Numbered from the stretch's first letter, positions 30,650-41,209 are shown. The stretch: DNA of 64,000 nucleotides from Candidatus Binatia bacterium (GCA_963664395.2 OY761159.2:1856001-1920000), one strand, 5' to 3'. Notes: a model not told the origin generated them from the sequence alone. Numbers and translations are program-made.

Positions 30650-31924
30650 TCACGGTCGCGCGGCATCCACGCTATGCCGGTTGGGATCGAGGACTTCGGT
30701 TTTGATCGTCACGATCGACGTGAACCACCGCTCCATGCTGGCCGCGTCCATATGCGACCAGTCGGGAATTTCCAGGACGAGCGCCCGCCCGAGCTGATTG
30801 CCAAATCTCACCAGGTCGTTGTTCGTATCGGTCCGGGTTGTGTCCCACTGGCTGAGCGCTGCTTCCAAGGAGGTATGGGTGGTGAGCGCTTCGCCGAGCG
30901 CGATGGCATCGTTAATCCCTTTGAGTGCGCCGGCGGCCGTGTGTGGGCGGGCGAAGGCCCCGGCGTCGCCGACCAAACAGATCCCGCCTTTGCGGTAGGC
31001 TGGGACTTCACAATCATAAATGGCGTAGGCAAATGTGTCCTGGCATTTATCGACGATCTCAGCGTAATAGTCGGGCAGCCGTTCGTGGGCGAGCCGTTTC
31101 AACTCGGTTTCAGTGGCGAGCGACATGCCGCCTGGGGGGAGCGAGCCTGCATGCGCGTGGCCGTCTTTGTCAGTCAGAAAATCCGTCAGTCGGGAGGCGG
31201 CAACCGGGACATACAGACCCCAATTCACCAGCCGCTTGCCCGGCGCAGTCGCTCCGTCCAAGCCCGGCACGAAGTAAAAAATACCGTGTCCGCCCGGATA
31301 GCCCAAACAGCGCACGCCGCTTTCGAGCGGCTGTGATTCTTCAAGTTCCTCCTCAAGCAGAAAGCCCCGCCACAAGACATAGCCGGCATACCTCAGGGTA
31401 CTATCGGGAAAGAGGGTCCGCCGACCAAGCGAGGTGTAGCCATCGGCACAGACCACCAGGTCAAATACCGACGTGGACCCATCGGCCAACTCTACTCGGA
31501 CCGTTCCATCGGGTCGCTGGTGTAAGGCCATGGCGCGCTGCCCTGAGCGGTACACCCCATCCGGAACGCGTTGGCGCAGGTTTCTATACAACCCGCCCCA
31601 GTTGAGCAAAGCCAGATTTGCGGGCTGGTCCCAGGCAAGATAGCCGTAGCGGCGCTCTGTTTCTGTGCGCCATATACGCGTGAACGCATGACCGGCGAAG
31701 AAGGGGGTATCGGCATCAACCAGGTCGCGTTCAATGAACGTATCCATGACCGAGGGCGGAACGCCGATGCCCGCCCCTCTATCCTTCAAGGTGTCGCCCG
31801 TGCGCTCCAAAAGCGTGACCTCGCAGCCCGACCGCAGCAGTTCGATAGCCGCAGTACAGCCGGCAATTGACCCGCCGATGATGCCGACTCGGAGTCCTTG
31901 TGTGAGTGTGCTGTTTGTTGGCAT
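30650..31924 (-). CDS. FAD-dependent monooxygenase (2,6-dihydroxypyridine 3-hydroxylase-like)
   Basis: IIGGSIAG, RGAGI, ADG, YAGYVLWRG, GDAGAFARPHTAAG. Confidence 0.88.
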   Translation of the reverse strand: MPTNSTLTQGLRVGIIGGSIAGCTAAIELLRSGCEVTLLERTGDTLKDRGAGIGVPPSVMDTFIERDLVDADTPFFAGHAFTRIWRTETERRYGYLAWDQPANLALLNWGGLYRNLRQRVPDGVYRSGQRAMALHQRPDGTVRVELADGSTSVFDLVVCADGYTSLGRRTLFPDSTLRYAGYVLWRGFLLEEELEESQPLESGVRCLGYPGGHGIFYFVPGLDGATAPGKRLVNWGLYVPVAASRLTDFLTDKDGHAHAGSLPPGGMSLATETELKRLAHERLPDYYAEIVDKCQDTFAYAIYDCEVPAYRKGGICLVGDAGAFARPHTAAGALKGINDAIALGEALTTHTSLEAALSQWDTTRTDTNNDLVRFGNQLGRALVLEIPDWSHMDAASMERWFTSIVTIKTEVLDPNRHSVDAARP

Positions 31925-32122
31925 GGCCCTCTCCTATTGCGTGGTGTGGCTGTCCCCCCCTACCACAAGTCCCTATAGAAATCACCGTTTCTCCTGTCTT
32001 CCTTGAAAAGAGACCGATGTTTACGTACTCTGGGTCGCAAGCATTTTCGTGCAATCATCAAGTGTAGGATCAGGTTGATAAATGTCAGGTTCGACCCGGA
32101 ACGGTCAACGGAGAAAAACAGC

Positions 32123-33280
32123 ATGATGCAAGAGATACCAGCGGGAATCATTTCATCCGACGGCCATGTGTGTGAGCCGGCCAATTGTTACATCGACTAT
32201 ATTGAACCCAAATACCGTGACGTCGCACCGCGCATCGTGGAACAACCAGACGGCACGGACGCCTTTGTCGTACACGGCATGAAGCGTCCGATTCCCCTGG
32301 GATTTATTGATGGGGCCGGCTTCACGGTCACAGAACGCAATAAGCGCGCAAAAAAAGCCAAGTTCTCGGACATCCGCGAGGGAGCCTACGGCGGCCATGC
32401 GCGGATTCCGTACATGGACCAGGATGGGATTGCGGCTGAAGTCATCTACGCTTCTATTGGTATGGGCCTGTGCATGCACCGCGACCCGGACTATAAGAAC
32501 GCCTGCATGCTGGCCTATAACCGTTGGCTGCAAGCCATGTACAGCGAAGCGCCGAACCGCATCCTGGGTCTGGCCCAGACGGCGGTCTTAAGCGTTGACA
32601 GTGCAATTGAGGATTTCCGGCGCGCCAAGGACATGGGCATGGTCGGCATGATGATGCCCGGTCGGCCCATCCATGAGGACTATGATCACGCCGACTACGA
32701 CGCCTTATGGGAGTGCGCCACGGACCTCGGTCTGCCGATCTGTTTTCATATTCTGACCTCGCGTGATGGCAGCCTGAACATGCCGCATCGAGGCCATGAG
32801 ATGAATAATTTTCTGGGCATCATCCGGGCGGTCCAGGATGTGGTCGGGCTCCTGGTCCTGGGTGGTGTCTTCGAGCGTCATCCGCAATTGAAACTCGTGT
32901 GTGCCGAGGGCGACGCCGGCTGGATGCCGCACTATATGTACCGGATGGATCACGCCGCCAAAATTAACGCCGAGGGCGGCATCATGGACGGCCTGTCACA
33001 ACTGCCCAGCGAATATATCAAACGCAACGTATGGATGACGTTCCAGGACGACCCGACGGCGTTTCATGCGATCGATATCATGCCGCACCAGCAACTGCTG
33101 TGGGCCAGCGATTTTCCGCATACGGATTCAACCTGGCCGCACTCCCAGCAATTACTGGCCGACCACGCGGCCCATATCACGGAGGAACAGCGCCAGGACA
33201 TCATGCGCGAGAATGCCGCCAAGCTGTTCAATCTCCCGGCGGGCAAGAAGTCGTGGCGGATGCACGAGGTTCCGGTGTAG
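32123..33280 (+). CDS. Amidohydrolase_2 family protein
   Basis: ISSDGHVCEP, PICFH, GVFERHP, WASDFPH. Confidence 0.93.
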   Translation: MMQEIPAGIISSDGHVCEPANCYIDYIEPKYRDVAPRIVEQPDGTDAFVVHGMKRPIPLGFIDGAGFTVTERNKRAKKAKFSDIREGAYGGHARIPYMDQDGIAAEVIYASIGMGLCMHRDPDYKNACMLAYNRWLQAMYSEAPNRILGLAQTAVLSVDSAIEDFRRAKDMGMVGMMMPGRPIHEDYDHADYDALWECATDLGLPICFHILTSRDGSLNMPHRGHEMNNFLGIIRAVQDVVGLLVLGGVFERHPQLKLVCAEGDAGWMPHYMYRMDHAAKINAEGGIMDGLSQLPSEYIKRNVWMTFQDDPTAFHAIDIMPHQQLLWASDFPHTDSTWPHSQQLLADHAAHITEEQRQDIMRENAAKLFNLPAGKKSWRMHEVPV

Positions 33281-33314
33281 GGACGGTAATTGAAGGCAGC
33301 GCAGCCGCTTTCAA

Positions 33315-33403
33315 CCCCTCGCCCTCTGGGAGAGGGTGGCCGAAGGCCGGGTGAGGGTTTTCCAGTCGAGGGTGTCGGCTTACGCTCTGCTAAGCCGACC
33401 TAC
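33315..33403. repeat. REP-like cluster (CCCTCTCCC-type plus GTAG-type hairpins)
   Basis: CCCCTCGCCCTCTGGGAGAGGGTGGCCGAAGGCCGGGTGAGGG and GTCGGCTTACGCTCTGCTAAGCCGACCTAC. Confidence 0.75.
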
Positions 33404-33449
33404 CAAGCTGCATAGCTTGAAGCGCGTCCCCTGGCTCCCTTCCGAATCA

Positions 33450-34034
33450 TCAGCCAGATTTTGGCATGAGAACGTTTTTGTAGTATTTCATCGCTCTTTC
33501 GTGCATTGCTGGGGAAACTCGGTCTGCTCCCTGCTTTTCTTCTCTCTTAAGGTCTTCTCCATACTTCTCTTCGTGTGTCTGGATCAGAGCCTGGAGGGTT
33601 CCTGGTAGCACGCCAAGGACTACTGGCAAGTCTTTTCCCGCTTCTCTATAGCGCCACTCCTGAAAGCTCTCTTGATGTTCGTCTATGACCCCTTCGACTC
33701 GGATGCGCATTCCTTTTCCATTTACCCGGATGCTTATAGCCTCGCCCTTTTCACGGATGCGCTGTTGTGTCTCAGGAGCCAGCATCTCATAGAGCTTCCG
33801 TAGATTGTGAATGTTCTTGGGATTTTTCCCTTCTCGCCGAATCAGTGCCTTGAGGGCGTTCTCGATTCCAAATGCCCCCAGGATGTTTGATGATATGACA
33901 AATGTCATTGCTCGTTGCTGTTCTTCTTTCGTTCCTCCCATCCCTTTTTCAAATGCCGCGTGAACTAAAGAAGCAGAATGGTACATTGCCACGGCTGTTC
34001 TGATATTCTTAGTCGCTCTTTCTTTGTCGTTCAC
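33450..34034 (-). CDS. HEPN-like domain protein
   Basis: AFGIENALKAL..., HNLRKLY, FQEWRY pattern; lower GC; GGAGGAG RBS with GTG start. Confidence 0.6.
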   Translation of the reverse strand: MNDKERATKNIRTAVAMYHSASLVHAAFEKGMGGTKEEQQRAMTFVISSNILGAFGIENALKALIRREGKNPKNIHNLRKLYEMLAPETQQRIREKGEAISIRVNGKGMRIRVEGVIDEHQESFQEWRYREAGKDLPVVLGVLPGTLQALIQTHEEKYGEDLKREEKQGADRVSPAMHERAMKYYKNVLMPKSG

Positions 34035-34165
34035 CTCTTCTCCTCCTGCCTCTCCATATTGGCCGATCTGGGTGGCAACCCGATCCGAACGCTACGTCCG
34101 ATAAGGACCGGCATGTCACCCTTCACGGCGGCGAACGCAAAGCGGGGCCGATACTAGCCACGGTG

Positions 34166-37015
34166 TCAAGTCTCCAAGTTAAGCGTCAGCAACTCCCGCA
34201 GTGCGTCATCGTCAGAAATATCCACCTTCCAGCCGTAAGCCGCCGCCACGGCAGCATCAAGCCTTGCATGCGCATCAGCCAACCACTGCGGGCGAACGTT
34301 GTAGAGGTTGGTCAGGGTGCGTTTCTTGAGTGCTTTCGCTGCGTCCTCGTTGCGGGGAACCGGACGTTTGGGATAGCCGGGTACTGGCTCGTCCACCCAC
34401 TTCACCCATTCGGGCGGGTTGAGCCAACGGTCGCGCAACTCGGTCAGCCGCCGGGCAGCCTCAGCAATGGCAACAGCGTGTGGATTGTCGGCATAGTCGG
34501 CGGCAGGGATGTCAGGCGACAGCCCTTCTGGAAATGGGAACGTCTCGAAGGTCGTGGTCGGCGTGTAGCGCGGTGTGGCTCCCAAGCTGGTTCCGAGCCG
34601 CAGCGCCCAGAGTTCGTGAAACCTGCTGTGCAGAATACCGAACGTCGTGTCGTCGTCACGGGCGATGACGATCAATTGGCTGTCGGGACAGATACGTGCG
34701 TCGCACGACACAAACAGCCGGTGCTTGGCAACGCGCGGCGTAGAGATATATCGAGACAGGCCATCCAGCGTCCGCCACATGCCTTGTCTCGGCTCGACAT
34801 GCCGCCACCAATAGACGCGATAGGATTCGCGGCGGTTCTGTTGCCGCATGGGGTACACATGTTCCTTCGCGTGCTGAAACGGCTCCTCATAGAGCGCGGC
34901 TTCCCCTTCCGACATGTTCCAACCGAAATCGACGATCCACTTACCCGCCGGACGGCGAGTCAGGTCCATACCGTTGACCCAGGGTCTCAACACATCGGCG
35001 TTGGACCGTCCATTGGGGTTTGTCGGCAAGCGCAGCCAAGTGCGGGCCAATTCACCCGAGACATCGAAGGGACCGCCTTTCGTGTCGCCCATGAAGGCAA
35101 CAGCGCTGTTCTCGGAAAGACGCTTCGCTTCGGTCAGATCAATGCCCGCGCCTCCGCTCTTCGCCGTCAAGTCGGCATAGATTTCATCCACGGGACGGCC
35201 GTCAAGCCGTGCTTCTAACGCCGGTTCACCGTCCACGCACGAGAAACAGACCAGGGAAACGCGCACGGCAGCGCCATCCACAACCCACGGTTCATCACTC
35301 CACGCCTCGAAGATCGGGCGTACGTTGGTCGCGGCTTGTAACGCCCGTCGGTTCGCGCCCCCGCGAATAGAGTTGGTCGCGACAAGCCCGGCCCGTTTCG
35401 CCTTGCCCGATTTCATGTGTTCGCCGGTCTTGACGAACCAGTAGGTGACGAGATCGGCTTCTGCCGGCCCACGGCCTTTGTATGTCGAAAAAACTTTCGA
35501 GACATAGTCCTCGCCGAGATTCCTTATCAGCAGCTTGCCGCCGAGAAACGGCGGATTACCAATCACCACATCGGCCTCGGGCCAGTCGGGTTCCCTACCC
35601 TCCGGCGTCAGAATCGCATCGCGGCATTCGATAGTGTCGAGCGGTTTGAGAATCGGGTCGCGGGATTCGTTGAAGCCGTTGCGCCGCATCCATTGGATTT
35701 CACCAATCCAGACCGAGACGCGAGCAAGCTCGGCGGCGTAGGCGTTAATCTCAATACCCTTGACGTTGGCCGGACCGATGGTGGGGAATTCTCTCTCTAA
35801 GCCCAGCGCTTCGGCCTCCAACTGCACCCGATGCTCCAGGTCTTTGAGGGCGTGCAGGGCCAGATACAGAAAGTTGCCCGAGCCGCAGGCCGGGTCAAGT
35901 ACCGTAAAAGCGCGGAGCCGTTTGAGGAACTCACTCAATAGCCGTTCGGCCTCTCTGCGCCGCCGAGTCCGAGTGGAGGCGGACTTGGTGGTTGTTGCCT
36001 TTTCCAGACTCGATGCAATCTCGGTCTTGGCCGTCTCCCACTCGGCCAGCCAGGGGCGGATGATTACCGGCTCGACGATCAGCATGATCTTATCGCGGTC
36101 GGTGTAATGCGCGCCCAGTTGCGAGCGTTTGTCCGGGTCAAGCCCGCGCTCGAACAGCGTGCCCAGGATCGAGGGATCGATCTCCGCCCAGTCGAGCGCC
36201 GCCGCCTTGAGCGTGGCCTCGATCCCGGCCTTCTCCAACGGCAGGGCCGTGTCATCGTCGAACAGCCCGCCGTTGAACCACGCCACTGCCTCGAAACCCA
36301 CATCGCCGCCCGTGGACATCGCGCCAAACAGGCGCGATACATACTCGACAAACTGATCCGGCTTGAGCCGGCTGCGTTCGAGCATCCGGGTGAACATGTT
36401 GCCGGGCAACAGGCCCACATCCTCCGCGAACATGCAGAAAACGAGCCGGTTCACGAAATGCGCCACCGCGTGGGCGTCGTGCCCGCGCTCCCGGAGCGAC
36501 TGCGCCAGGGACGCGAAGGTCGCCGCCGCGCGTTCGGTCAGCGCCTGCCGGCTCTCTCCCGGCCGCAGGCGCTCGGGATCGGACATCGCCCATTTGAGCT
36601 TGTCCCTGTTGGCAGCTTCCGCGAGGTCGTCCAGCGTAAACTCGTGGGTCTCGCTAACGCTGTTGGTCCAGTTGGTGCGGATACGGAACCGCGCCATGTC
36701 CGAGACGATCAGCAGGGGCGGGTTCTCCAGTGCCAGGGCGTACTGCCGCAACTGATTAAAGGCGGCGTCCAGATTCTTGTGTTTGCCTTTGTACTCCCAG
36801 GCGAAATGGTGGCGTTTCCACACGTCGGCCCAACCTTTGCCGCCAGTGTCTTTGCGTGCGCCACGCTCGAAGCAGTAATGGTCGCCGGTGGGGTCGGCTT
36901 CGGCTGGGGTCGGCTCGTCGAGCAACCGGCACAGGTCGATGAAGTGTTCCTGCGACGCCGAGCTTTCCTTCAACTCTGAGGCGCGCCATTTGGTAATGAA
37001 TGCGGCTGGCGTCAT
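34166..37015 (-). CDS. MmeI-like Type IIL/IIG fused restriction endonuclease-methyltransferase
   Basis: N-terminal WADVW..FAWEYK (PD-ExK), LGAHYT, LDPACGSGNFL, GNPPF, C-terminal target-recognition region. Confidence 0.9.
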   Translation of the reverse strand: MTPAAFITKWRASELKESSASQEHFIDLCRLLDEPTPAEADPTGDHYCFERGARKDTGGKGWADVWKRHHFAWEYKGKHKNLDAAFNQLRQYALALENPPLLIVSDMARFRIRTNWTNSVSETHEFTLDDLAEAANRDKLKWAMSDPERLRPGESRQALTERAAATFASLAQSLRERGHDAHAVAHFVNRLVFCMFAEDVGLLPGNMFTRMLERSRLKPDQFVEYVSRLFGAMSTGGDVGFEAVAWFNGGLFDDDTALPLEKAGIEATLKAAALDWAEIDPSILGTLFERGLDPDKRSQLGAHYTDRDKIMLIVEPVIIRPWLAEWETAKTEIASSLEKATTTKSASTRTRRRREAERLLSEFLKRLRAFTVLDPACGSGNFLYLALHALKDLEHRVQLEAEALGLEREFPTIGPANVKGIEINAYAAELARVSVWIGEIQWMRRNGFNESRDPILKPLDTIECRDAILTPEGREPDWPEADVVIGNPPFLGGKLLIRNLGEDYVSKVFSTYKGRGPAEADLVTYWFVKTGEHMKSGKAKRAGLVATNSIRGGANRRALQAATNVRPIFEAWSDEPWVVDGAAVRVSLVCFSCVDGEPALEARLDGRPVDEIYADLTAKSGGAGIDLTEAKRLSENSAVAFMGDTKGGPFDVSGELARTWLRLPTNPNGRSNADVLRPWVNGMDLTRRPAGKWIVDFGWNMSEGEAALYEEPFQHAKEHVYPMRQQNRRESYRVYWWRHVEPRQGMWRTLDGLSRYISTPRVAKHRLFVSCDARICPDSQLIVIARDDDTTFGILHSRFHELWALRLGTSLGATPRYTPTTTFETFPFPEGLSPDIPAADYADNPHAVAIAEAARRLTELRDRWLNPPEWVKWVDEPVPGYPKRPVPRNEDAAKALKKRTLTNLYNVRPQWLADAHARLDAAVAAAYGWKVDISDDDALRELLTLNLET

Positions 37016-37111
37016 GGCCTTATTATTTTGAAGTGCCTGTGTATGGATGACGTTCCAAGACGATCCAAAATCGTTTTATCTTTGAAAAAGGGGGAAGAGA
37101 GGTTGGGGAAG

Positions 37112-37303
37112 TTAGATTGAGGGGTCTCTGTGTAGCGTGGATGTTGGTCTGGCCTGACTGGTGATTGCAATAATGATGAGGTCAATTCGCCCTTGGTTAT
37201 AAGCAGCGGAGCTCACCACCGCTGCCGGGCGCTGTTTACTTGTGGTTTGGTCCGTAAAAGGAAATGGCGCGAGGACGATGTCTCCAAACTCATAGCTGGT
37301 CAT
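37112..37303 (-). pseudogene. Truncated PemK/MazF family toxin
   Basis: FGDIVLAPFPFTD..SKQRPAAVVS...AITS; ends at 63 aa versus about 110 aa typical. Confidence 0.8.
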
Positions 37304-37499
37304 AGTCGGCATCGTCCGGATTGTCCCAGACGCGAGCAAAGGCTGACTCGGACAACTTGGTCGCTGCCCGGCTCAGGCGACGGTCGGCGTCACGCTGACA
37401 GAGAAAATCGACAAAGTCTTCAACCTCGGAGACTTTAGCCGGTGGGAGGAACCGGATTTTTTCAATCAACTCCCGGACATGCGTATCATCAGTAGCCAT
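37290..37499 (-). CDS. Putative antitoxin (DUF2281-like)
   Basis: LPPAKVSEVEDFVDFL...SESAFARVWDNPDDADYDQL; overlaps the toxin start. Confidence 0.8.
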   Translation of the reverse strand: MATDDTHVRELIEKIRFLPPAKVSEVEDFVDFLCQRDADRRLSRAATKLSESAFARVWDNPDDADYDQL

Positions 37500-37548
37500 T
37501 CTCAGCTCCGTATTGTGTCGATAGGCTTTTCAATAATACCCCAAGGAA

Positions 37549-37615
37549 CCCTCACCCTGGCCCTCTCCCAGCGGGAGAGAGGATAAAAGGTAGGGGCAAC
37601 CCCCTGTGGTTGCCC
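37549..37615. repeat. REP-like cluster
   Basis: CCCTCACCCTGGCCCTCTCCCAGCGGGAGAGAGG and GTAGGGGCAACCCCCTGTGGTTGCCC. Confidence 0.75.
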
Positions 37616-37644
37616 GGTCCCCCGTCGGTGAGGGGAAATCTACT

Positions 37645-38985
37645 CTACGACTTCGGCTGCATGAAGAGGTCCTTCAGCGGAGTTCGGTCCACGACCGGCA
37701 TACGTCTTGTCCCCGGAGGGAGTTTGACCGAGCCCGGTATGCGGGTGAATGGATCGACCAGGTCGATTTCCTTGGCGTATTCTTTGACCGCGGGAATGAC
37801 CTCTTGGCCCATCAGGCGAATGCTGTTCAGCCGGTCTTCGTTGCTGACCGGCCCCTGAACCTGGAAGCAGGCGAACGTCCCTGGCCGTAGCACGCGGATC
37901 ATGGTCTTAATTTTTTCGATGACCGTCTTGGGCGAGCCGACGATCATCAGGTAGTCGTCTTGGGCACGCTTATACGACTTCTCCAGCTTGCGACGGACCT
38001 CACCCAGGTCCGTACTCTTCTTCCTCCGGCCCTGCTGAGCCTCCTTGAGTCGGTCCGAATCAACGCCGACCCAGCCGCCGCTCGGACGCTGGGCAAGCAG
38101 GCGAATGGCGTTTTTGGAATTATAACCCGGCGGTAAGGTATGTTCCGGTCTGGAGAAGGCACTCGCTCCACCGCCCCACACAAACCCTTTGCCCAGCTCT
38201 TGCGCCTTTTCATCCGTGTCCGCGCAGAACACGCCGATCAAATAGGCAAAATTTTCCGTTCCGGCCTGATAGCCATTTTCAGCCGCGGTATCAGCATAAT
38301 AATCCAGCAAATCGCAGGTTGGACTCAGGGCCGTCACCAAGGCGAGATAGGGATAGTTATGCTGGGCCGCCCAGTGCACCGTCTCAGGACTCAATACGCC
38401 GGGAATCCACATTTGCGGATGTGGCTTCTGGTAGGGCAGTGCCCACGGATTGACGTGCCGATAGTGAAAATGCTTGCCCTCGTAACGCCACGGGCCGGGC
38501 CGGGTCCAGGCCTGGATAATGAAATCGTGGGCTTCGTTGAACATCTCCCGGTTATAGGCCGGGTTGGCATTATTGAAGAACTGCTCGCTGCCCGCCCCGC
38601 GCACCCAGCCGGTGACGAGCCGCCCGCGCGAGATCAGATCAATCTCGGCCAGCTCCTCGGCCATGCGGAGCGGATGCTTCAGCACCGGCAACGGATTGCC
38701 GATCAGGACGATCTTGGCTTTGCTGGTAATACGCGCCAGGATGGCGGCTTCGACATTCATGACGCTGCCCATGCAGAAGGGGTTGCCGTGATGCTCGTTC
38801 AGCATGAGCGCATCAAAGCCGACCTCTTCGGCATAGCAATATTCGTCCAGAAAAAAGTTATAATCGTCAGCCGCCTTTTCGCGGTCAAAGCGCGAGTTGG
38901 GCAGGGCAAAGAAACCCCGGTGCTCAAGCACTTCGTCTTCGTTGAGCCAACGATACGGCCGCTCAGTAAAATAGCCAAACAGCAT
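37645..38985 (-). CDS. LLM class flavin-dependent oxidoreductase
   Basis: LNEHH, HPLRMAEELA, SRGRL, PYQKPHP. Confidence 0.92.
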   Translation of the reverse strand: MLFGYFTERPYRWLNEDEVLEHRGFFALPNSRFDREKAADDYNFFLDEYCYAEEVGFDALMLNEHHGNPFCMGSVMNVEAAILARITSKAKIVLIGNPLPVLKHPLRMAEELAEIDLISRGRLVTGWVRGAGSEQFFNNANPAYNREMFNEAHDFIIQAWTRPGPWRYEGKHFHYRHVNPWALPYQKPHPQMWIPGVLSPETVHWAAQHNYPYLALVTALSPTCDLLDYYADTAAENGYQAGTENFAYLIGVFCADTDEKAQELGKGFVWGGGASAFSRPEHTLPPGYNSKNAIRLLAQRPSGGWVGVDSDRLKEAQQGRRKKSTDLGEVRRKLEKSYKRAQDDYLMIVGSPKTVIEKIKTMIRVLRPGTFACFQVQGPVSNEDRLNSIRLMGQEVIPAVKEYAKEIDLVDPFTRIPGSVKLPPGTRRMPVVDRTPLKDLFMQPKS

Positions 38986-39063
38986 ACCCGTCTCTCCTTT
39001 TTGTCGGTGTCCTGAAATGAGTAAACGTGCCAACATCTGCATATCTGTTGAGCACGCGTTTAC

Positions 39064-39849
39064 TCATTTGAATACAGGCTTCCGTTTTTCTACAAACGCC
39101 CGGGCCGCCTCTTTGGCGTCATCACTCCCCGTCAGCTCGTGCGTCATATTTTGCTCAAAGCGATAGCCATCGCGCAGATCCATGAATTCAATCGCATTCA
39201 TGGCATGTTTGGCAAGCCGGATGGCCAGCGGACTTTTGTCGGCAATCACCTGTGCCTGGGCGCGGGCTTCGTCCATGAGTTGCGCCGACGGAACAACTTT
39301 TTCAACAATGCCTCGACGGTATAGCTCCTGCGCGCCGATCCGTTCTCCCGTGTACATCATCTTGCGGGCTTTGTAGACACCAAAGAGGCGCTGGGTATGG
39401 CGACCACCGCCCAACAGACCAACGTCGATTTCGGGCAGACCGACCAGCGCCCGTTCTGACGCGATCAGCATATCGCACGATGCCACCAGGGCCAGCCCTC
39501 CACCCAGAGCCGGGCCATTGATCGCGCCGATGACGGGGACGGAACATTCCAGAATAGAATGAAAAGCTTCGCGGGCCGCCCGCGAGTGGGCCCACATGGC
39601 TCCGTGACGCGGCTGTTGTTCGCCGTCATCCAGTGAACGCGACCGCGCTTTCATATCTGCGCCGGCGCAAAAACATTTACCCGCCCCGGTAAAGATGGCC
39701 ACCCGGACATCAGGACGATTATTCAGGGCATCAAAGGCGGCTTGAATCTCGTCAAACATCTGCCGATTCATGGCATTCACGGGCGGGCGATCAATCGTGA
39801 CCGTGGCAATATAGTCTCTGATATCGGTTGTAATGCTTGCGGCGTCCAT
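39064..39849 (-). CDS. Enoyl-CoA hydratase/isomerase family protein
   Basis: RPPVNAM, FCAGADM, GPALGGG, GLPEID. Confidence 0.93.
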   Translation of the reverse strand: MDAASITTDIRDYIATVTIDRPPVNAMNRQMFDEIQAAFDALNNRPDVRVAIFTGAGKCFCAGADMKARSRSLDDGEQQPRHGAMWAHSRAAREAFHSILECSVPVIGAINGPALGGGLALVASCDMLIASERALVGLPEIDVGLLGGGRHTQRLFGVYKARKMMYTGERIGAQELYRRGIVEKVVPSAQLMDEARAQAQVIADKSPLAIRLAKHAMNAIEFMDLRDGYRFEQNMTHELTGSDDAKEAARAFVEKRKPVFK

Positions 39850-39919
39850 TACGCACCTCTTGAGTCTTGAAGCGCACTGTACTGGAAGTTCGGGGAGATG
39901 TCGATAATTCCCAGGCCGG

Positions 39920-40285
39920 CTACCGGAGTGTTCTTTCACTCTGCTCGTTTGCTTTCCGGGTCTGCCGGGGCAGGGAAAAGAGATCAACCCACCACCATAC
40001 CCCGATAACGGGCAGGGCCAGCAGCCCAATCACCAGGGGAAGGCTTGGCGAGGGGATGGTGAACACAAGATTCTGCCATAGCCTCGGCAGCGCCAGACCA
40101 ATGACAAGCGGGATACTCGGCGAAGGAAGAATGAGCACCTGGGTGAGGGCCCAGAGTCCGGCCCAGGTCGTAAGCAAAAAAAAGACCCCCTTCAGTGGCT
40201 TTCCCAAATAGATCGTATGCAGGCCAGCAAGTCCAAAAAGACTCAAAGCAAATAAGAGGTAGGCCCAGCCAAGCGACTTTTTCAT
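39920..40285 (-). CDS. TM2/NINE domain membrane protein with internal duplication
   Basis: KKSLGWAYLL...GLAGLHTIYLGK...WWWVDLFSLP. Confidence 0.8.
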   Translation of the reverse strand: MKKSLGWAYLLFALSLFGLAGLHTIYLGKPLKGVFFLLTTWAGLWALTQVLILPSPSIPLVIGLALPRLWQNLVFTIPSPSLPLVIGLLALPVIGVWWWVDLFSLPRQTRKANEQSERTLR

Positions 40286-40438
40286 CTTTTTCGTCCGGAA
40301 ACGGATGGCGAACTCATCGTAATCGGTCAGAGGATAAAGGCCAAGGCGTAGCCGCGTGTGGTGCTTCTCGCCGTGTTCTGTTAGAGCACATTGCAGTCGC
40401 GTTTGTGCAGAGAGTCAGTCGAATGAGGAGAGGTGCTT

Positions 40439-41206
40439 ATGCCAGGACGATTAGCGGATAAGGTCGTATTAATTACAGGCTCCGGCGGTGGACAGGGACG
40501 GGCCGCCGCGGTGATGTTCGCCCAAGAGGGCGCAAAAGTCGTTGTCACAGACATTAAAGTCGAGGGCGGCAACGAGACGGTAGAGTTGGTCAAAGCGGCC
40601 GGGGGAGACGCGGTGTTTCAAGAGACCGATGTCTCAAATGCAGCCGATATCAAAACGGCGGTTGACTGTGCGGTCGAGACGTACGGTGGTTTACACATCA
40701 TGTATAACAACGCGGCTGTCCTGCATAAGCACGACACGACCGTCACCAACCTTGAGGAGGAGATGTGGGATTTCGTTCTGAATGTGAATCTCAAGAGCGT
40801 CTACTTGGGCTGTAAATATGCGATTCCCGAAATGACCAAGGTCGGGGGTGGATCGATTATCAACGTTTCTTCGTTGGCCGGGATCCTGGGCGTTGGTAAT
40901 GTACACGCCTATACTGCGGCCAAAGGTGGCGTGGTTTCGCTCACCAAAGCGATTGCGACGGCCTATGCTTCCAAGAACATCCGCTGCAATGTCATGTGTC
41001 CCGGCGCTGTGGATACGCCGATGATGGCCCACGTTCTGCATAGCTCCAATCCCAAACGCCTGGAACGCGTGGCCAAAAGCCACCCACTTGGTCGTGTGGG
41101 CACGCCAGAAGATGTTGCATCCATGGGACTCTTTCTGGCCTCGGATGAGTCGTCATGGGTCACTGGTTCGGTGTTCACGGTTGACGGGGGATATGCAGCC
41201 CAATAG
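40439..41206 (+). CDS. SDR family oxidoreductase
   Basis: ITGSGGGQG, NNAA, YTAAK. Confidence 0.93.
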   Translation: MPGRLADKVVLITGSGGGQGRAAAVMFAQEGAKVVVTDIKVEGGNETVELVKAAGGDAVFQETDVSNAADIKTAVDCAVETYGGLHIMYNNAAVLHKHDTTVTNLEEEMWDFVLNVNLKSVYLGCKYAIPEMTKVGGGSIINVSSLAGILGVGNVHAYTAAKGGVVSLTKAIATAYASKNIRCNVMCPGAVDTPMMAHVLHSSNPKRLERVAKSHPLGRVGTPEDVASMGLFLASDESSWVTGSVFTVDGGYAAQ

Positions 41207-41209
41207 GTC

